DNA of 64,000 nucleotides, taken from assembly GCA_030390025.1 (NCBI GenBank), contig CM059432.1, positions 152,336,001 to 152,400,000 of the forward strand. The letters run 5' to 3'. Shown here piece after piece: positions 50,216 to 62,710 of this stretch; within the stretch, counting starts at the first letter, position 1; every line of letters starts with the position of its first letter. This DNA is from Squalus acanthias (lineage: Eukaryota). The translations under genes and the position numbers were made by a program. Under the pieces are notes generated by a model that worked only from the letters and a program-made list of their open reading frames with translations, made no database searches and was not told the DNA's origin.

Positions 50216-52289
50216 CTATTTATAAAGCCAAGGATCCTGTATGCTGTTTTAACAGCCTTCTCAACTGTCCTGCCACCTTCAAAGATTTGTGCACATACAC
50301 CCCCTGGTCCCTCTGTTCCTACAACCCTGTAAAAATTGTACCCTTTAATTTATATTGCCTCTCTTCATTCTTCCTACCAAAATGTATCACTCACACTTCT
50401 CTCTACATTAAATTTCATCTGCCATGTGTCTGCTCATTTCACCAGTCTGTCTACATCCTCTTGGATTCTGTTACTAGCCTCCTCACTGTTTTCTACATTT
50501 CCAAGTTTCATGTCCTCTGCAAACTTTGAAATTATGCCTGTATATCCAAGATCAGGTCATTAATATATAACAAAAAGAGCGGTGGTCCCAACACTGACCC
50601 CTGGGGAGACACCCATTGTATACTTCCCTCCTGTCTGGAAAAACAACCATTCACCACTAATCTCTGTTTTATGTCCCTTGACCAATTTTGTATCCTTACA
50701 GCCACCGCCCTTTTAATCCCATGGGCTTTAATTTTGCGAACAAGTCTATTATGTGGTACTTTTTCAAACGCCTTTTTAAAGTCCATATGCACAACATCAA
50801 CCCTCTACGTTACTTCATCAAAAGAACTCAATCAAGTTAGTCAAACACTATTTGCCTTTAACAAATCCGTGCTGGCTTTCATTTATTAACCCATATTTTT
50901 CCCAAGTGCCAATTAATTTTGCCCCGAATTATTGTCTCAAAGTTTCCCCACCACCGACGTGAAGCTAACTTGCCTGTAGTTGCCGGGTTTATCCAACTCC
51001 CCAGGGGTGTAACATTTGCAATCCTCCAGGACCACTCCTATATCCAAGGAGAATTGGAAGAATATGACCAGAACCTCTGCAATTTCCACCCTTACTGCCA
51101 TCAGCAACCAAGGATGCATCCCATCCGGATCGGGTGACTTTTTTTACTTTGAGCGCTTACAACCTTTTAAGTACCTCCTCTATCTATTTTTATCCTATCC
51201 AATTTCTCTACTACCTCCTCCTTTATTGCTACATTGGCAGCATCATCTTCTCTAGTGAAGACAGATGCAAAGTATGCATTTGGTACCTCAGCCATGTCCT
51301 CTGCCTCCACAAGATCTCCTTTTTGATCCCTCATCAGCCCCACCCTTCCTTTGACTACGCTTTTACTATTTATAAGTTTATAAAAAAAAACTTTTCGGTT
51401 CTCTTGTTACCCGCTAATCTATTCGCTCACACTCTTTGTCCCTCTTGCTTCCCTTTTCAATTCTCACCTGTACTTTGTATTCAGCTTGGTTCTCTACTGA
51501 ATTATGAACCTGACATTTATCAGCCTCGTTTTTCTGTTTCATTTTAATCTCTGTCTTTAGTCAGCGAGCTCTAGCTTTGGATGCCCTTCCTGGGAATGTG
51601 TCTAGTTTGTACCTGAACTATTTCATTTCCTCTTCGAAGGCCTCCCATTGCTCATTTACTGTTTTACCGGCCACCAGTTGAGTATTTTCACATTTGATTT
51701 TTCCTGATCCTTTTCCATAACTACTCTAAACCTAATGACATTGTGATCTTGGTTTCCCAAATGCTTCCCCACTAAAACATGTTCTGCTTGCACCACTTCA
51801 TTCCCCAGAACTAGATCCAGCACCATTTCCTTCCTAATTGGGCTGGCAACATACTCATCAAGAAAGTACTCTTGTACACATTGAAGGAATTCCTCCCCCT
51901 CTTTGCCATTTACACTGTTATTTTCCCAGTCTATATTAACACAACTGAAGAACCTGACCATCACTACTCTGCAGTTCTTGCATCTTTCTGCTATTTGCCT
52001 GCAAATGTGCTCCTCTATCTCCTTCCCACTATTTGGTGACCTATAGTATACACTGAGCAGCATAATAGCTCTTCTATTGTTCCTTAATTCTAACCAAATA
52101 GATTCTTTGAACCCTCACTTACATCATTCCTTTCTAATGCTACAACAGCATCTTTGATCAATACTGCCAACCCAGATATTGTGGCTTTTGAGCTCTGAAA
52201 GGTAGGCCACCCCGCCGTACAATCTAGTTTATTTGGTGTTTTAGAAAGCTTATAGCAAGGTTCTATATGAAATACTTCTAACTAAATTA

Positions 52290-53050
52290 AAATCCACATC
52301 AATACAAGGTAGGACATGGACTTTGATAGCTGGTTAGAAAGAAAAAGTAGGAAACCGAGTACTCAAACAAGGAACAGATGGAAGGGGTTGGTTGGAGTTT
52401 TGCAAAGATTAGTACTTTGTACCTCTTTAATCTACATAAAATGACCTGGACAGCTAAACAAACTGTAAACTTGCCAGTGTTGCTAATAGCACCAAAACAG
52501 ACCAACAGAGACAGGGGGATGAAGCTGAAGATTTGCAAAACTATTTAGATTTGTTGTGCAGTAACGCAGAGAATTGGGAAATGAAATTTAACACTGACAA
52601 TGCAAAGTAATGCACATAGGACCAAAAATATGAATCACAAAATGAATAGACTACAATTCGCACAGGAAGACTTAAGTTACTGTTAGATGCAGATTAAAAT
52701 TAGAAGCCAGCAGGAGTGTTACACTAAAAGGAAAGATGATAAATTGAGTTAAGATTAAAGAAAGTTGAGCTTTATAGTTTGGAAAGAAGATTGCCACGGT
52801 TTATAAAATATTAAATGGTACAGATAAGACAAGCCCACATTACTACTTCAAAGTAAGCTAGGAAAGCAAGACCAGAGGACATATAGAAATTAATGAACAT
52901 TAAAATCAAAAAATGATATTAAGAAAAAGTTACTGAATTGATAAATATGTAGAATAAACTGCCAGGTGGGGCAATATAAGCAAGAGGGTAAGGTTGGTCA
53001 AAATATAATTGGATACTGGCATGGGAGAGATAGGGTCCTAGAGCATTGTA
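52290..53050 (+). mobile_element. Very old CR1-like remnant
   Basis: tgggaaatgaaatttaacactgacaatgcaaagtaatgcacatagg resembles the WxMKFNxDKCKVMHxG motif. Confidence 0.5.
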
Positions 53051-53979
53051 CTTTGATGAACCAAATTTTTATTTTTTATTTTATTATCCCTGACTTTTCC
53101 CAAAATATAAACAGCAGCTCAAAAGATCACACCTTCCATTTTGGATCTAATAATCAGCAGCCTAAGTTTTCAGTGTTGATTTTCAGCATCAGTGGCCTGA
53201 GCAAATGTTTCCTCCCAGTATCAGGAAAGGTCACGTCCAAACTGGCAAAGTTGCCAATATGCGAATCTTGAGCTTCTGCAACATCCATTGTTAAATGGGG
53301 CAGAGTCATTAGCAAGTGAACTAGCTTATATTAATGCACAATGGAAGCATTTCAGCAACTGTCACCGACAGTAACCATTTTACTCTCAAAAAACCATTTT
53401 ATCTGCTTTTTTTTTGCTAGTAAACTCTGAAAATAAGCACAGTAATACGAATGGCCACACCAATCCTTATAGTCAGGGCAAGATTTAATACTATGAAAAG
53501 TATAACAGACTTGCAGTTATTAGATTAATGCTCACAAATGCAATCCCTCCGAGCCTCCTCTGCAGTATTTGAACACGGAGTACTGAAAACATTGAGAAAA
53601 TAGGCTTATACCACTTATTTAACCCGTCTGTCCGAGCCTCAGTTCCCGCGATGCGCTGAAAAATATGGCGTCAGTCGTCAGCCATGTCAACCAGGTTGTA
53701 TGGCCTGGTTAGTTCCCTCAAACTCTGAATCACTGCATTAGCATTCCATACACAAATTGGTCGCAATTCTAAAGCTGCTTCGTTTACCTTTTTATTTTTG
53801 GAATTTTTAATTACATAGCAATAACTACATCAGGAGTGAAGAAAACAAGGCAAAAAAAGGGGTGGAAAAAGGAGGCATCACGTGCAATTACAATGGGGAC
53901 AGCACAGCCCAAAGAACAGGATAGACTGTTTTCAAATGAAAATCTTAGAATGGGGGTGTAATTTGAAAGACGTGAGATT

Positions 53980-55215
53980 GTTTTTTTTATTCGTTTATGG
54001 GATGTGGGCGTCGCTGGCAAGGCAAGCATTTACTGCCCATCCCTAATTGCCCTTGAGAAGGTGGCGGGGAGCCGCCGCCTTGAACCGCTGCAGTTCGTGT
54101 GGTGAAGGTACTCCCATAGTGCTGTTAGGTAGGGAGTTCCAGGATTTTCACCCAGCAACGATGAACGATATACTTCTAAGTCAGGATGGTGTGTGACTTG
54201 GAGGGGGTGGTGTTCCCATGCGCCTGCTGCCCTTGTCCTTCTAGGTGGAAGAAGTCGCGGGTTTGGGAGGCGTTGCCGAAGAAGCCTTGGTGAGTTGCTG
54301 CAGTGCATCTTGTAGATGGTACACACTGCAGCCACGGTACGCCGGTCGTGGAGGGAGTGAATATTTAAGGTGTTGGATGGGGTGCCAATCAAGCGGGCTG
54401 CTTTGTCCTGGATGGTGTCGAGCTTCTTGAGTGTTGTTGGAGCTGCACTCATCCAGGCAAGTGGAGAGTATTCATTCACACTCCTTACTTGTGCCTTGTA
54501 GATGGTGGAAAGGCTTTGGGGAGTCAGGAGGTGAGGCACTCGCCGCAGAATACCTGGCCTCTGACCTGCTCTTGTTGCCACAGTATTTATGTGGCTGGTC
54601 CAGTTAAGTTTCTGGTCAATGGTGACCCCCAGGATGTTGATGGTGGGGGATTCGGCGATGGTAATACCGTTGAATGTCATGGGGGGGGGGTGGTTAGACT
54701 CTCGATTGTTGGAGATAGTCATTGCCTGGCACTTCTGTGGCGTGAATGTTACCTGCCGCTTATCAGCCCAAGGCTGAACGTCATCCAGGTCTTGTTGCAT
54801 GCGGGCATGGACTGCTTCATTATCTGAGGAGTTGTGAATGGCGCTGAATACTGTGCAGTCATCAGCGAACATCCCCATTTCTGACCTTATGTTGCAGAGA
54901 AGGTCATTGATGAAGCAGCTGAAGATGGTTGGGCCTAGGACACTGCCCTGAGGAACTCCTGCAGCGATGTCCCGAGGCTGTGATGATTGACCTTCAACCA
55001 CCACAACCATCTTCCTTTGTGCTAGGTATGACTCCAGCCAGTGGAGAGTTTTCCCCCCCAATTCCCATTGACTTCAGTTTTACTAGGGCTCCTTCATGCC
55101 ACTCGGTCAAATGCTGCCTTGATGTCAAGGGCAGTCACTCTCACCTCACCTCTGGAATTTAGCTCCTTTGTCCATGTTTGGACCAAGGCTGTAATGAGGT
55201 CGGGAGCCAAGTGGA
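53980..55215 (-). mobile_element. Family Z LINE 3' part
   Basis: ORF 54030..55061; tail at 53980-54060. Confidence 0.93.
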
Positions 55216-55225
55216 GCAAATTCAT

Positions 55226-56397
55226 GTGACAAGGGTAAACTATCCCTCCTCGTCCTTCTTGACTTGTCTGCAGCCTTTGACACGGTTAACCACTCCACCC
55301 TTCAACGCCTCTCCACCCAGTCGTCCAGCTGGGTGGGACTGCACTCGCCTGGTTCCATTCTTATCTATCTAATCGTAACCAGGGAATCACTTGCAACGGC
55401 TTCTCTTCCCGCTCCCGCATCGTTACCTCTGGTGTCCCCCAAGGATCTATTCCATGGCCCCCTCCTATTTCTCACCTAAATGTTGCCCCTTGGCGACATC
55501 TTCTGAAAACACAGCGTCAATTTCCACATGTACGCTGACGACACCCAGCTCTACCTCACTACTTCTTCTCTCGACCCCGCCACGATGTCTAAATTGTCAG
55601 ACTGCTTGTCCGACATACAGTTCTGGATGAGCAGAAATTTTCTCCAATTAAATATTGGGAAAACCGAAGCCATTGTTTTCGGTCCCCGCCACAAACTCCA
55701 TTCCCTAGCCACTGACTCCATCCCTCTCCCCAACATCTGTCTGAGGCTGAACCACACTCTTCGCAACCTTGGTGTCATATTTGACCCCGAAATGAGCTTC
55801 CGACCACATATCCGCAGCATAACAAAGACCGCCTACTTCCACCTCCGTAACATCGCCCATCTCTGCCCTTGCCTCAGCTCATCCGCTACTGAAACCCTCA
55901 TCCATGTCTTTGTTACCTCTAGACTTGACTATTCCAATGCACTCCTGGCTGGCCTCCCACATTCCACCCTACGTAAACATCAGGTCATCCAAAACTCGGC
56001 TGCCCGTGTCCTAACTCGCACCAAGTCCCGTTCACCCATCACCCCTGTGCTCGCTGACCGACATTGGCTCCAAGTTAAGCAGCGCCTCGATTTCAAAATT
56101 CTCATCCTTGTTTTCAAATCCCTCCATGGCCTCGCCCCTTCCTATCTCTGTAATCTCCTCCAGCCCCACAACCCCCCAGAGATATCTGAGGTCCTCTAAT
56201 TCTGCCCTCTTGAGCACCGATTATAAATCGCTCAACCTTTGGTGGCCGTGCCTTCTGTTGCCTAGGCCCCAAGCTCTGGAATTCCCTCCCTAAACCTCTC
56301 TGCCTCGCTACCCCTCTCTCCTCCTTTAAGACGCTCCTTAAAACCTACCTCTTTGACCAAGCTTTTGGTCACCTGCCCTAATTTATCCTTATGTGGA
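55226..56397 (+). mobile_element. L2 LINE RT/C-terminal fragment
   Basis: LLDLSAAFDTVNH, YADDTQLYL, LQLNIGKTE, FVTSRLDYSNALLAGLP, IQNSAARVL. Confidence 0.92.
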
Positions 56398-56811
56398 TCG
56401 GCTGAAAGGTTTGATTCTGTGAGTATGACTATTTCAGGCTGTTGCTTGACTAGTCTGTGGGACAGCTCTCCCAATTTTGGCACAAGTCCCCAGATGTTGG
56501 TGAGGAGGACTTTGCAGGGTCGACTGGGCTGGGTGTGCCGTTGCCGTGTCCGTAGCCGGTGCAGAGGTCGATGCCGGGTGGTCCGTCCGGTTTCATTCTT
56601 ATTATGTTTCGTAGCGATTAGTTACAACTGTGTGACTTGCTAGGCCATTTCAGAGGGCAGTTAAGAGTCAACCACATTGCTGTGGGTCTGGAGTCACATA
56701 TAGGCCAGACCAGGTAAGAACAGCAGATTTCCTTCCCTAAAGGACATTAGTGAACCAGATGGGCTTTTATGACAATCCGATAGTTTCATGGTCACCATTA
56801 CTGATACTAGC
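56398..56811 (-). mobile_element. Family Z LINE 5' leader plus start of APE
   Basis: PKLGELSHRLVKQQPEIVILTES; leader collinear with 40935-41340. Confidence 0.9.
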
Positions 56812-57164
56812 CATGATAGATGGCGTCCCTACAAAAATCAAATGGTAAAATTATTGCAAGTGACTACATCTAGATATTACTAAAGTAGCTTCATCCTTTT
56901 TGCCCAAACAACCTGAGCAAAATGAGCTGCTTTTTGGTTGTCATTAAGTAGTGGGCTGTTAAGAGAAATTTACAACAATGCATAAGTGATCAGGGATGTG
57001 ACAGAGCAGATACCAAATAGCTGCAAGAGACTTATGGTCTTCTGTACAATTAAAAAAAAAACTGATTTTCATATAATATGAGCATCCTTTAATCTGCATG
57101 TGGAATGCAGCACAACACAGAATCCATTCATCATTACATATAGAAAGCTGTATTTTCACTGCCC

Positions 57165-57551
57165 AGGTTCAGGTGCAACCCGTCTGTCTTGTACAGGTCC
57201 CAACTTCCCCAGAAGCAGACCCAGTGATCCAGGAAACTAAAGCCCTCCCTCCTGCACCAACTCTTTAGCCACGCATGCATCTGCTCTATCCTCCTATTCC
57301 TATACTCACTAGCACGTGGCACCGGGAGTAATCCAGAGATTACAACCTTTAAGGTTCTACTTTTTAATCTGCTACCTAGCTCCCTAAATTCTTGTTGCAG
57401 GACCTCATCCCTCTTTCTACCCATGTGAACCACGACCTCTGACTGTTCGCCCTCCCCCTTCAGAATGCCCTGCAGCCGTTCAGTGACATCTTTGACCCCG
57501 GCACCAGGGAGGCAACATACCATCCTGGAGTCACGTCTGCGGCCACAGAAA
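57165..57551 (-). mobile_element. CR1 ORF1 esterase fragment, inverted relative to its continuation at 58058
   Basis: FCGRRRDSRMVCCLPGA...WDLYKTDGLHLN, near-identical to 27158-27560. Confidence 0.92.
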
Positions 57552-58057
57552 CTGGTCTCCACTGTGCCATGTGCTGTTGGAACTATGTGCTCAAGCACCT
57601 CACTCTCAAAAGTCACTATTGCATATCTTTTAGTTTCTGGTTCAATTTGGGCCTGGGAGGAGGTAGCAGATCAACTGAATGTTAAAACTCAGCCTCAGAG
57701 TAGGCAGCAAGATTAGTAGAAAAAAAAACCTTCTTCCTGTGATGGGCATTTATGAAATCAAAAGATAGCTTTTGAAGCCTCAAAAGATATGAGTGGCTGC
57801 TTTTACCACTGAATTCATTGTTACTGGTCCTATGATTTGTGTGAGCCCTTGATGTTGGAACACTTCAGAATTGGGCAGTATATCGAGATGAGCCAGCATG
57901 TATCAATCTTTTCAAGTTTAGTCAAAATGGGCAGTAGATTTGAACAAGCCAGATGAGGCTAGATTCCATTGCAGTTGACAAGTTGGGTGCCTTTATGTAT
58001 TTAGAATCCTGTTGTATATAGTTGTGGCTCAGGCTTTGTGACTTTTTAATTCTCCAG

Positions 58058-60902
58058 TGCGGGGAGGTTTGCTAGTACTGTTGGGGGGGGGGTTAAACTA
58101 ACTTGGCAGGGGGATGGGATACGGAGTGGAGCTATAGTAGGGGGTGATGCACAGCCAAATATAGAGGAAAAAACCAAGTCAGCCTGGAAGGCAGAGCAAA
58201 TATGTAATGGCACAAGGGAGTATGGCATGGCTGGATGGCATTTATTTTAATGCAAGGAGTCTTGCGAGTCAGGCAGATGAATTGAAGGTGTTGAACACAT
58301 GGGAGTATGATATGGTTGCTATCAGAGACATGGTTGAGGGAGGGGCATAGAATCTTCAGGCGAGACAGAGGGGGGTGTAAAAGAGGAAGGGGTGTCGCAA
58401 TATTAATCAAGGAGTCAATTACTGCTGTAAGGAGGGATGATATCTTAGCAGGTTCCTCTAATGAGGCCATATGGGTAGAACTTAAAAACAAAAAGGGGGC
58501 AAGCACTTTGCTGGGAGTGTACTATAGGCCCCCAAACAGTCAGGGGGAGATAGAGGAACAGATATGTAGGCAAATCTCAGAAGTGTAGAAATAATAGGGT
58601 AATAATAGTAGGGGATTTCAAATTCCCCAATATTAACTGGGATAGTCAGAGTGTGAAAGGCTTAGAGGGTGCAGAATTCTTAAAGTGCATCCAGGAGAGC
58701 TTTTTGAGCCAGCATGTAGAAAGTCCCACAAGAGAGGGGGCGGTACTGGACATAATTCTAGGGAATGTAGCCGGGCAAGTGGTAGAAGTGTCAGTAGGAG
58801 AGCATTTTGGTGACAGTGACCATAATTCGGTGAGATTTAAGGTAGTCATGGAAAAGGACAATGATGGACCGGAAATTAGGGACGTGTGCAATAAGGGCAC
58901 AGCAGTTATCATGGGTGACTTTAATCTACATATAGATTGGGCTAACCAAATTAGTAACAATACTGTGGAGGAGGAATTCCTAGAGTGTATACGGGATGGT
59001 TCCCTGGACCAATATGTCGAGGAACCAACTAGAGATCAGGCCATCTTAGACTGGGTCTTATGTAATGAGAAAGGATTAATTAGCAATCTTGTTGTGCGAG
59101 GCCCCTTGGGGAGGAGCGATCATAATATGATAGAATTCTTCATTAAGATGGAGAGTGAAGTAGTTGACTCAGAGACTAGGGTCCTGAATTTAAATAAAGG
59201 AAACTACGATGGTATGAGGCGCGAATTGGCTAGGATGGATTGGGGAACGTTACTTAAAGGGTTGACGGTGGATAGGCAATGGCAAACATTTAAAGATCAC
59301 ATGGATGAACTACAGAATTTGTTCATCCCTGTTTGGCATAAAAATAAAATAAAAAAGGTGACTCAACCGTGGCTAACAAAGGAAATTAGGGTTAGCATAA
59401 GATCCAAGGAGAGGACATATAATTTGGCCAGAAAAAGCAGCAAACCTGAGGATTGGGAGCAGTTTAGGACTCAGCAAAGGAGGACAAAGGGATTAATTAA
59501 GAGGGGGAAAATAGATTATGAGAGTAAGCATGCAGGGAACATAAAAACTGACTGTAAAAGCTTCTATAGATATGCGAAGAGAAAAAGATTGGTGAAGTCA
59601 AGCGTAGGTCCCTTGCAGTCAGAATCAGGGGAATTTATAATGGGGAACAAAGAAATGGCAGACCAATTAAATACATACTTTGGTTCTGTCTTCACAAAGG
59701 AGGACACAAATAACCTCCCAGAAATTTCAGGGAACATAGGGTCTAATGAGAGGGAGGAATTGCATGAAATCAGTATTTGTAGGGAAATGGTGTTAGGGAA
59801 ATTGACGGGATTGAAGGCCAATAATTCCCCAGGGCCTGATAATCTATATCCTAGGGTACTTAAGGAAGTGGCCCTAGAAATAGTAGATGCATCGCTGGTC
59901 ATCTTCCAAAATTCTACAGACTCTGGAACAGTTCCCATGGATTGGAGGATAGCTAATGTAACCCCACTATTTAAAAAAGGTGGTAGAGAGAAAACGGGGA
60001 ATTATAAACCGGTAAGTCTGACATCGGTAGTGGGGAAAATGCTAGAGTCCATTATAAAAGATGTAATAGCAGAGCACTTGGAAAAATGTGACAGGATCGG
60101 ACAAAGTCAACATGGATTTACAAAGATAAATCATGCTTGACTAATCTACTGGAATTTTTTGAGGATGTAACTGGTAGAATATATAAGGGAGAACCAGTGG
60201 ATGTGGTGTATTTGGACTTTCAGAAGGCTTTCGATAAGGTCCCGCAGAAGAGATTAGCGTGCAAAGTTAAAGCACACGGGATTGGGGGTAAGGTACTGTC
60301 TTGGATAGAGAACTGGGATAGATATATATATATATTCTAGACGAGGGAACTAGATGTAAAATCTCCAAGTTTGCAGACGACACAAAGCTGGGTGGGCGTG
60401 TGTGTTGTGAGGAGGATGCAGAGAAACTCCAGTATGATTTGGACAAGTTGGGTGATTGGTCAGATGCAGTATAATGTGGATAAATGCAAGGTTATCCACT
60501 TTGGCGGCAAAAACAGGAAGGCAGATTATCTGAACGGCAATAGATTGGGAAAAGGGGAAGCGCAACGAGACCTGGGAGTCCTTGTGCACCAGTCATTGAA
60601 GGTAAGCAGGTAACCAGGGAGCATAGTTTCAAGGTGAGGGGCAGGAGGTTTAATGGGGATTTGAGGAAAAACTTTTTCACCAGAGGGTGGTTGGAATCTG
60701 GAACTCACTGCCTGAAAGGGTGGTAGAGGCAGGAACCCTCACAACATTCAAGCAGCATTTAGATGAGCACTTGAAACGCCATAGCATACAAGGCTACGGA
60801 CCAAGTGCTGGAAAATGGGATTAGAATAGATAGGGCTTGATGGCTGGCGTGGACACAATGGGCCGAAGGGCCTCTTTCTGTGCTGTATAAATCTATGACT
60901 CT
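58058..60902 (+). mobile_element. Chimeric CR1: subfamily of 26336-30720 (58058-~58875), a second subfamily (~58875-60608), then the first subfamily's 3' end (60609-60902)
   Basis: Direct comparison with 27580-28523 and 30429-30720; the middle part matches the 13116-14378 type; ORF 58653..60140. Confidence 0.85.
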
Positions 60903-62490
60903 GAGAACAGAATTCAGCATTAAAAAAAACTGGAATACGTAGCCGAAGGATTGCCGATGCAGTTAACATACACCTACAGCCTGCTTTTCCTCCCCTTGCC
61001 TCCGCCTCACCCCTCCAATTTAGACCTCTCCCTTGGTATAGCATTCACTGCTCACTGTTCCAAGACAAAAGAAAGTCACAATAATTAACGAAGAGAACAG
61101 TGAGTAATCTACTTAAATGGAAATTAAATCCCAGTGGTAATTAGAATTTTAAAAGTTCTTTTCATTCTAACCAAAGTTTGGGTAAATTTTGACACAAGTA
61201 CTATGGCATTCTAACACTAGTTTTCCCCAAAGGATTGTAAGCACCAACTGCCAAGATAGTGGTAGTGGAGAACTGTGGATCCATTTCAAACTTGATTTGC
61301 CTTTCTCTCAAGAACATGGGGAAATTTTTAGATCCAATGTTTCGGCATTGTAGGTAAATTAAGGTATTATCCAACAGAACAGAAAACTGCAAAATTAGAG
61401 TATACAGGAAAACACATCAGATGCAATGGGAAAGAATTAGACAGCAGTGACACTACACTGTTATAAATTTATGAACAAAAAAGTGTGTGTAAAACCTATG
61501 AACTTGCTATTATAATAACACAACTAATAAAATTACCCAGCTCGATAAATTTGCTGAAGGACGCAATAGACCTACATTACCGCTGCAAATATTTTCTCGC
61601 ACCATTTATGCACCTCCCATTAACCTATTAGTTTTATACATATAAAAACTACTTGATTTACTGTGCAAGGTACAATGTACCCTACATTATGTTTAACGCA
61701 ACATCCTAAAACAGGTTAGCCCTTTCACTGGCACAAACCGGCACTTTGGTTTGAATTGTATTCCAGAAAGCATTTATAACTTTTGAGCTAAGAAAATGCA
61801 ATATTTAATTGTGAATTAATAATTATTTTATAGAACTGAAAAATCATGTAGCTTCCCCAATAACTCAATCAGTAAATGCACCACATGATGAGGTACTGAT
61901 CCACACCAAAAAGGAAAGTTCCAGACTTCTTCCCTAGTCTCTGATGAGCTAGCTGATGTCAGCAAGGATAACTTCAGGAGAACTACATTTGGCCTTTATA
62001 TCTCAGCCTGAAAATGCGATCATGCAATGGAGTGCAGCAGTTTCACTGCACAGTTACATGCCTTACCTTGGCAAAATTCCCAGAGTTACCTGTGCCAGTA
62101 TCAGCGCAGCTGGGGTACCTGCTTTGAAAGGGACTGGGGGTGGGGTGGGTGTGTGGTGGAAATGGCAACGTTGGACAGCCAGTAGGTTTCAAAAATAGTA
62201 AAAACAAAGAGTCCTTCCCAGGAAAGCCAGTTTCCTTACAGCAACAGATCAATTTGCAATTGGCTGCTGTAAGGAGACCAGCCTCAATACGTAATGGGCT
62301 CGACTTTCACCTTCCAGAAAGTACGGTATGCCTGTTTCATGTTAGCATACAGTACACCGGGGGGGCACCAGATGTGGGACTGGTAGGATTTCCGATACCA
62401 TTCCATCAGTCCTGCCTTCATCTGTGACAATGGGGGCAGATGCAGGAACCACCCACTCCCACTATGACACCCCAGCTCTTCTCTAAAGAG

Positions 62491-62710
62491 AGAAGTCGCA
62501 CAACACCAGGTTATAGTCCAACAGCTTTATTTGAAATCACAAGCTTTCGGAGCGCTGCTCCTTCGTCAGGTGAAGTCTTCTGACTTCACCTGACGAAGGA
62601 GCAGCGCTCCGGAAGCTTGTGATTTCAAATAAAGCTGTTGGACTATAACCTGGTGTTGTGCGACTTCTCACATTTGTCCACCCCAGTCCAACATCTCCGC
62701 ATCATGGCTA
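62491..62710. mobile_element. PLE family A fold-back mini-insertion, 13-bp TSD cttctctaaagag
   Basis: 88-bp inverted arms at 62490-62577 and 62582-62669 (one mismatch, 4-nt loop); TSDs at 62478-62490 and 62711-62723. Confidence 0.93.
62537..62573 (-). ncRNA. Minimal type I hammerhead ribozyme motif (family A); the opposite arm (62586-62622, +) has GAAA changed to GGAA
   Basis: Identical to the motif at 20785-20821. Confidence 0.8.

Larger units (their letters stand above)
48019..52172 (-). mobile_element. Old CR1 (APE to 3' end) interrupted by the PLE at 48603-50215
   Basis: YYRSPNSG (51656..52063), DFKKAFEKVPH (50532..50792), LGLFSLEQRRLRGDL (48029..48382). Confidence 0.85.

Noticed and set aside
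3142..60708. Many 60-190 aa ORFs antisense to LINE ORFs (e.g. [18 protein letters not shown] motifs)
   Set aside because: Antisense shadows of CR1 and family Z coding sequence, not independent genes.
61885..61957. Possible C/D-box snoRNA (ATGATGA ... CTGA)
   Set aside because: No convincing terminal stem, antisense to the host transcript, and no recognisable guide sequence.
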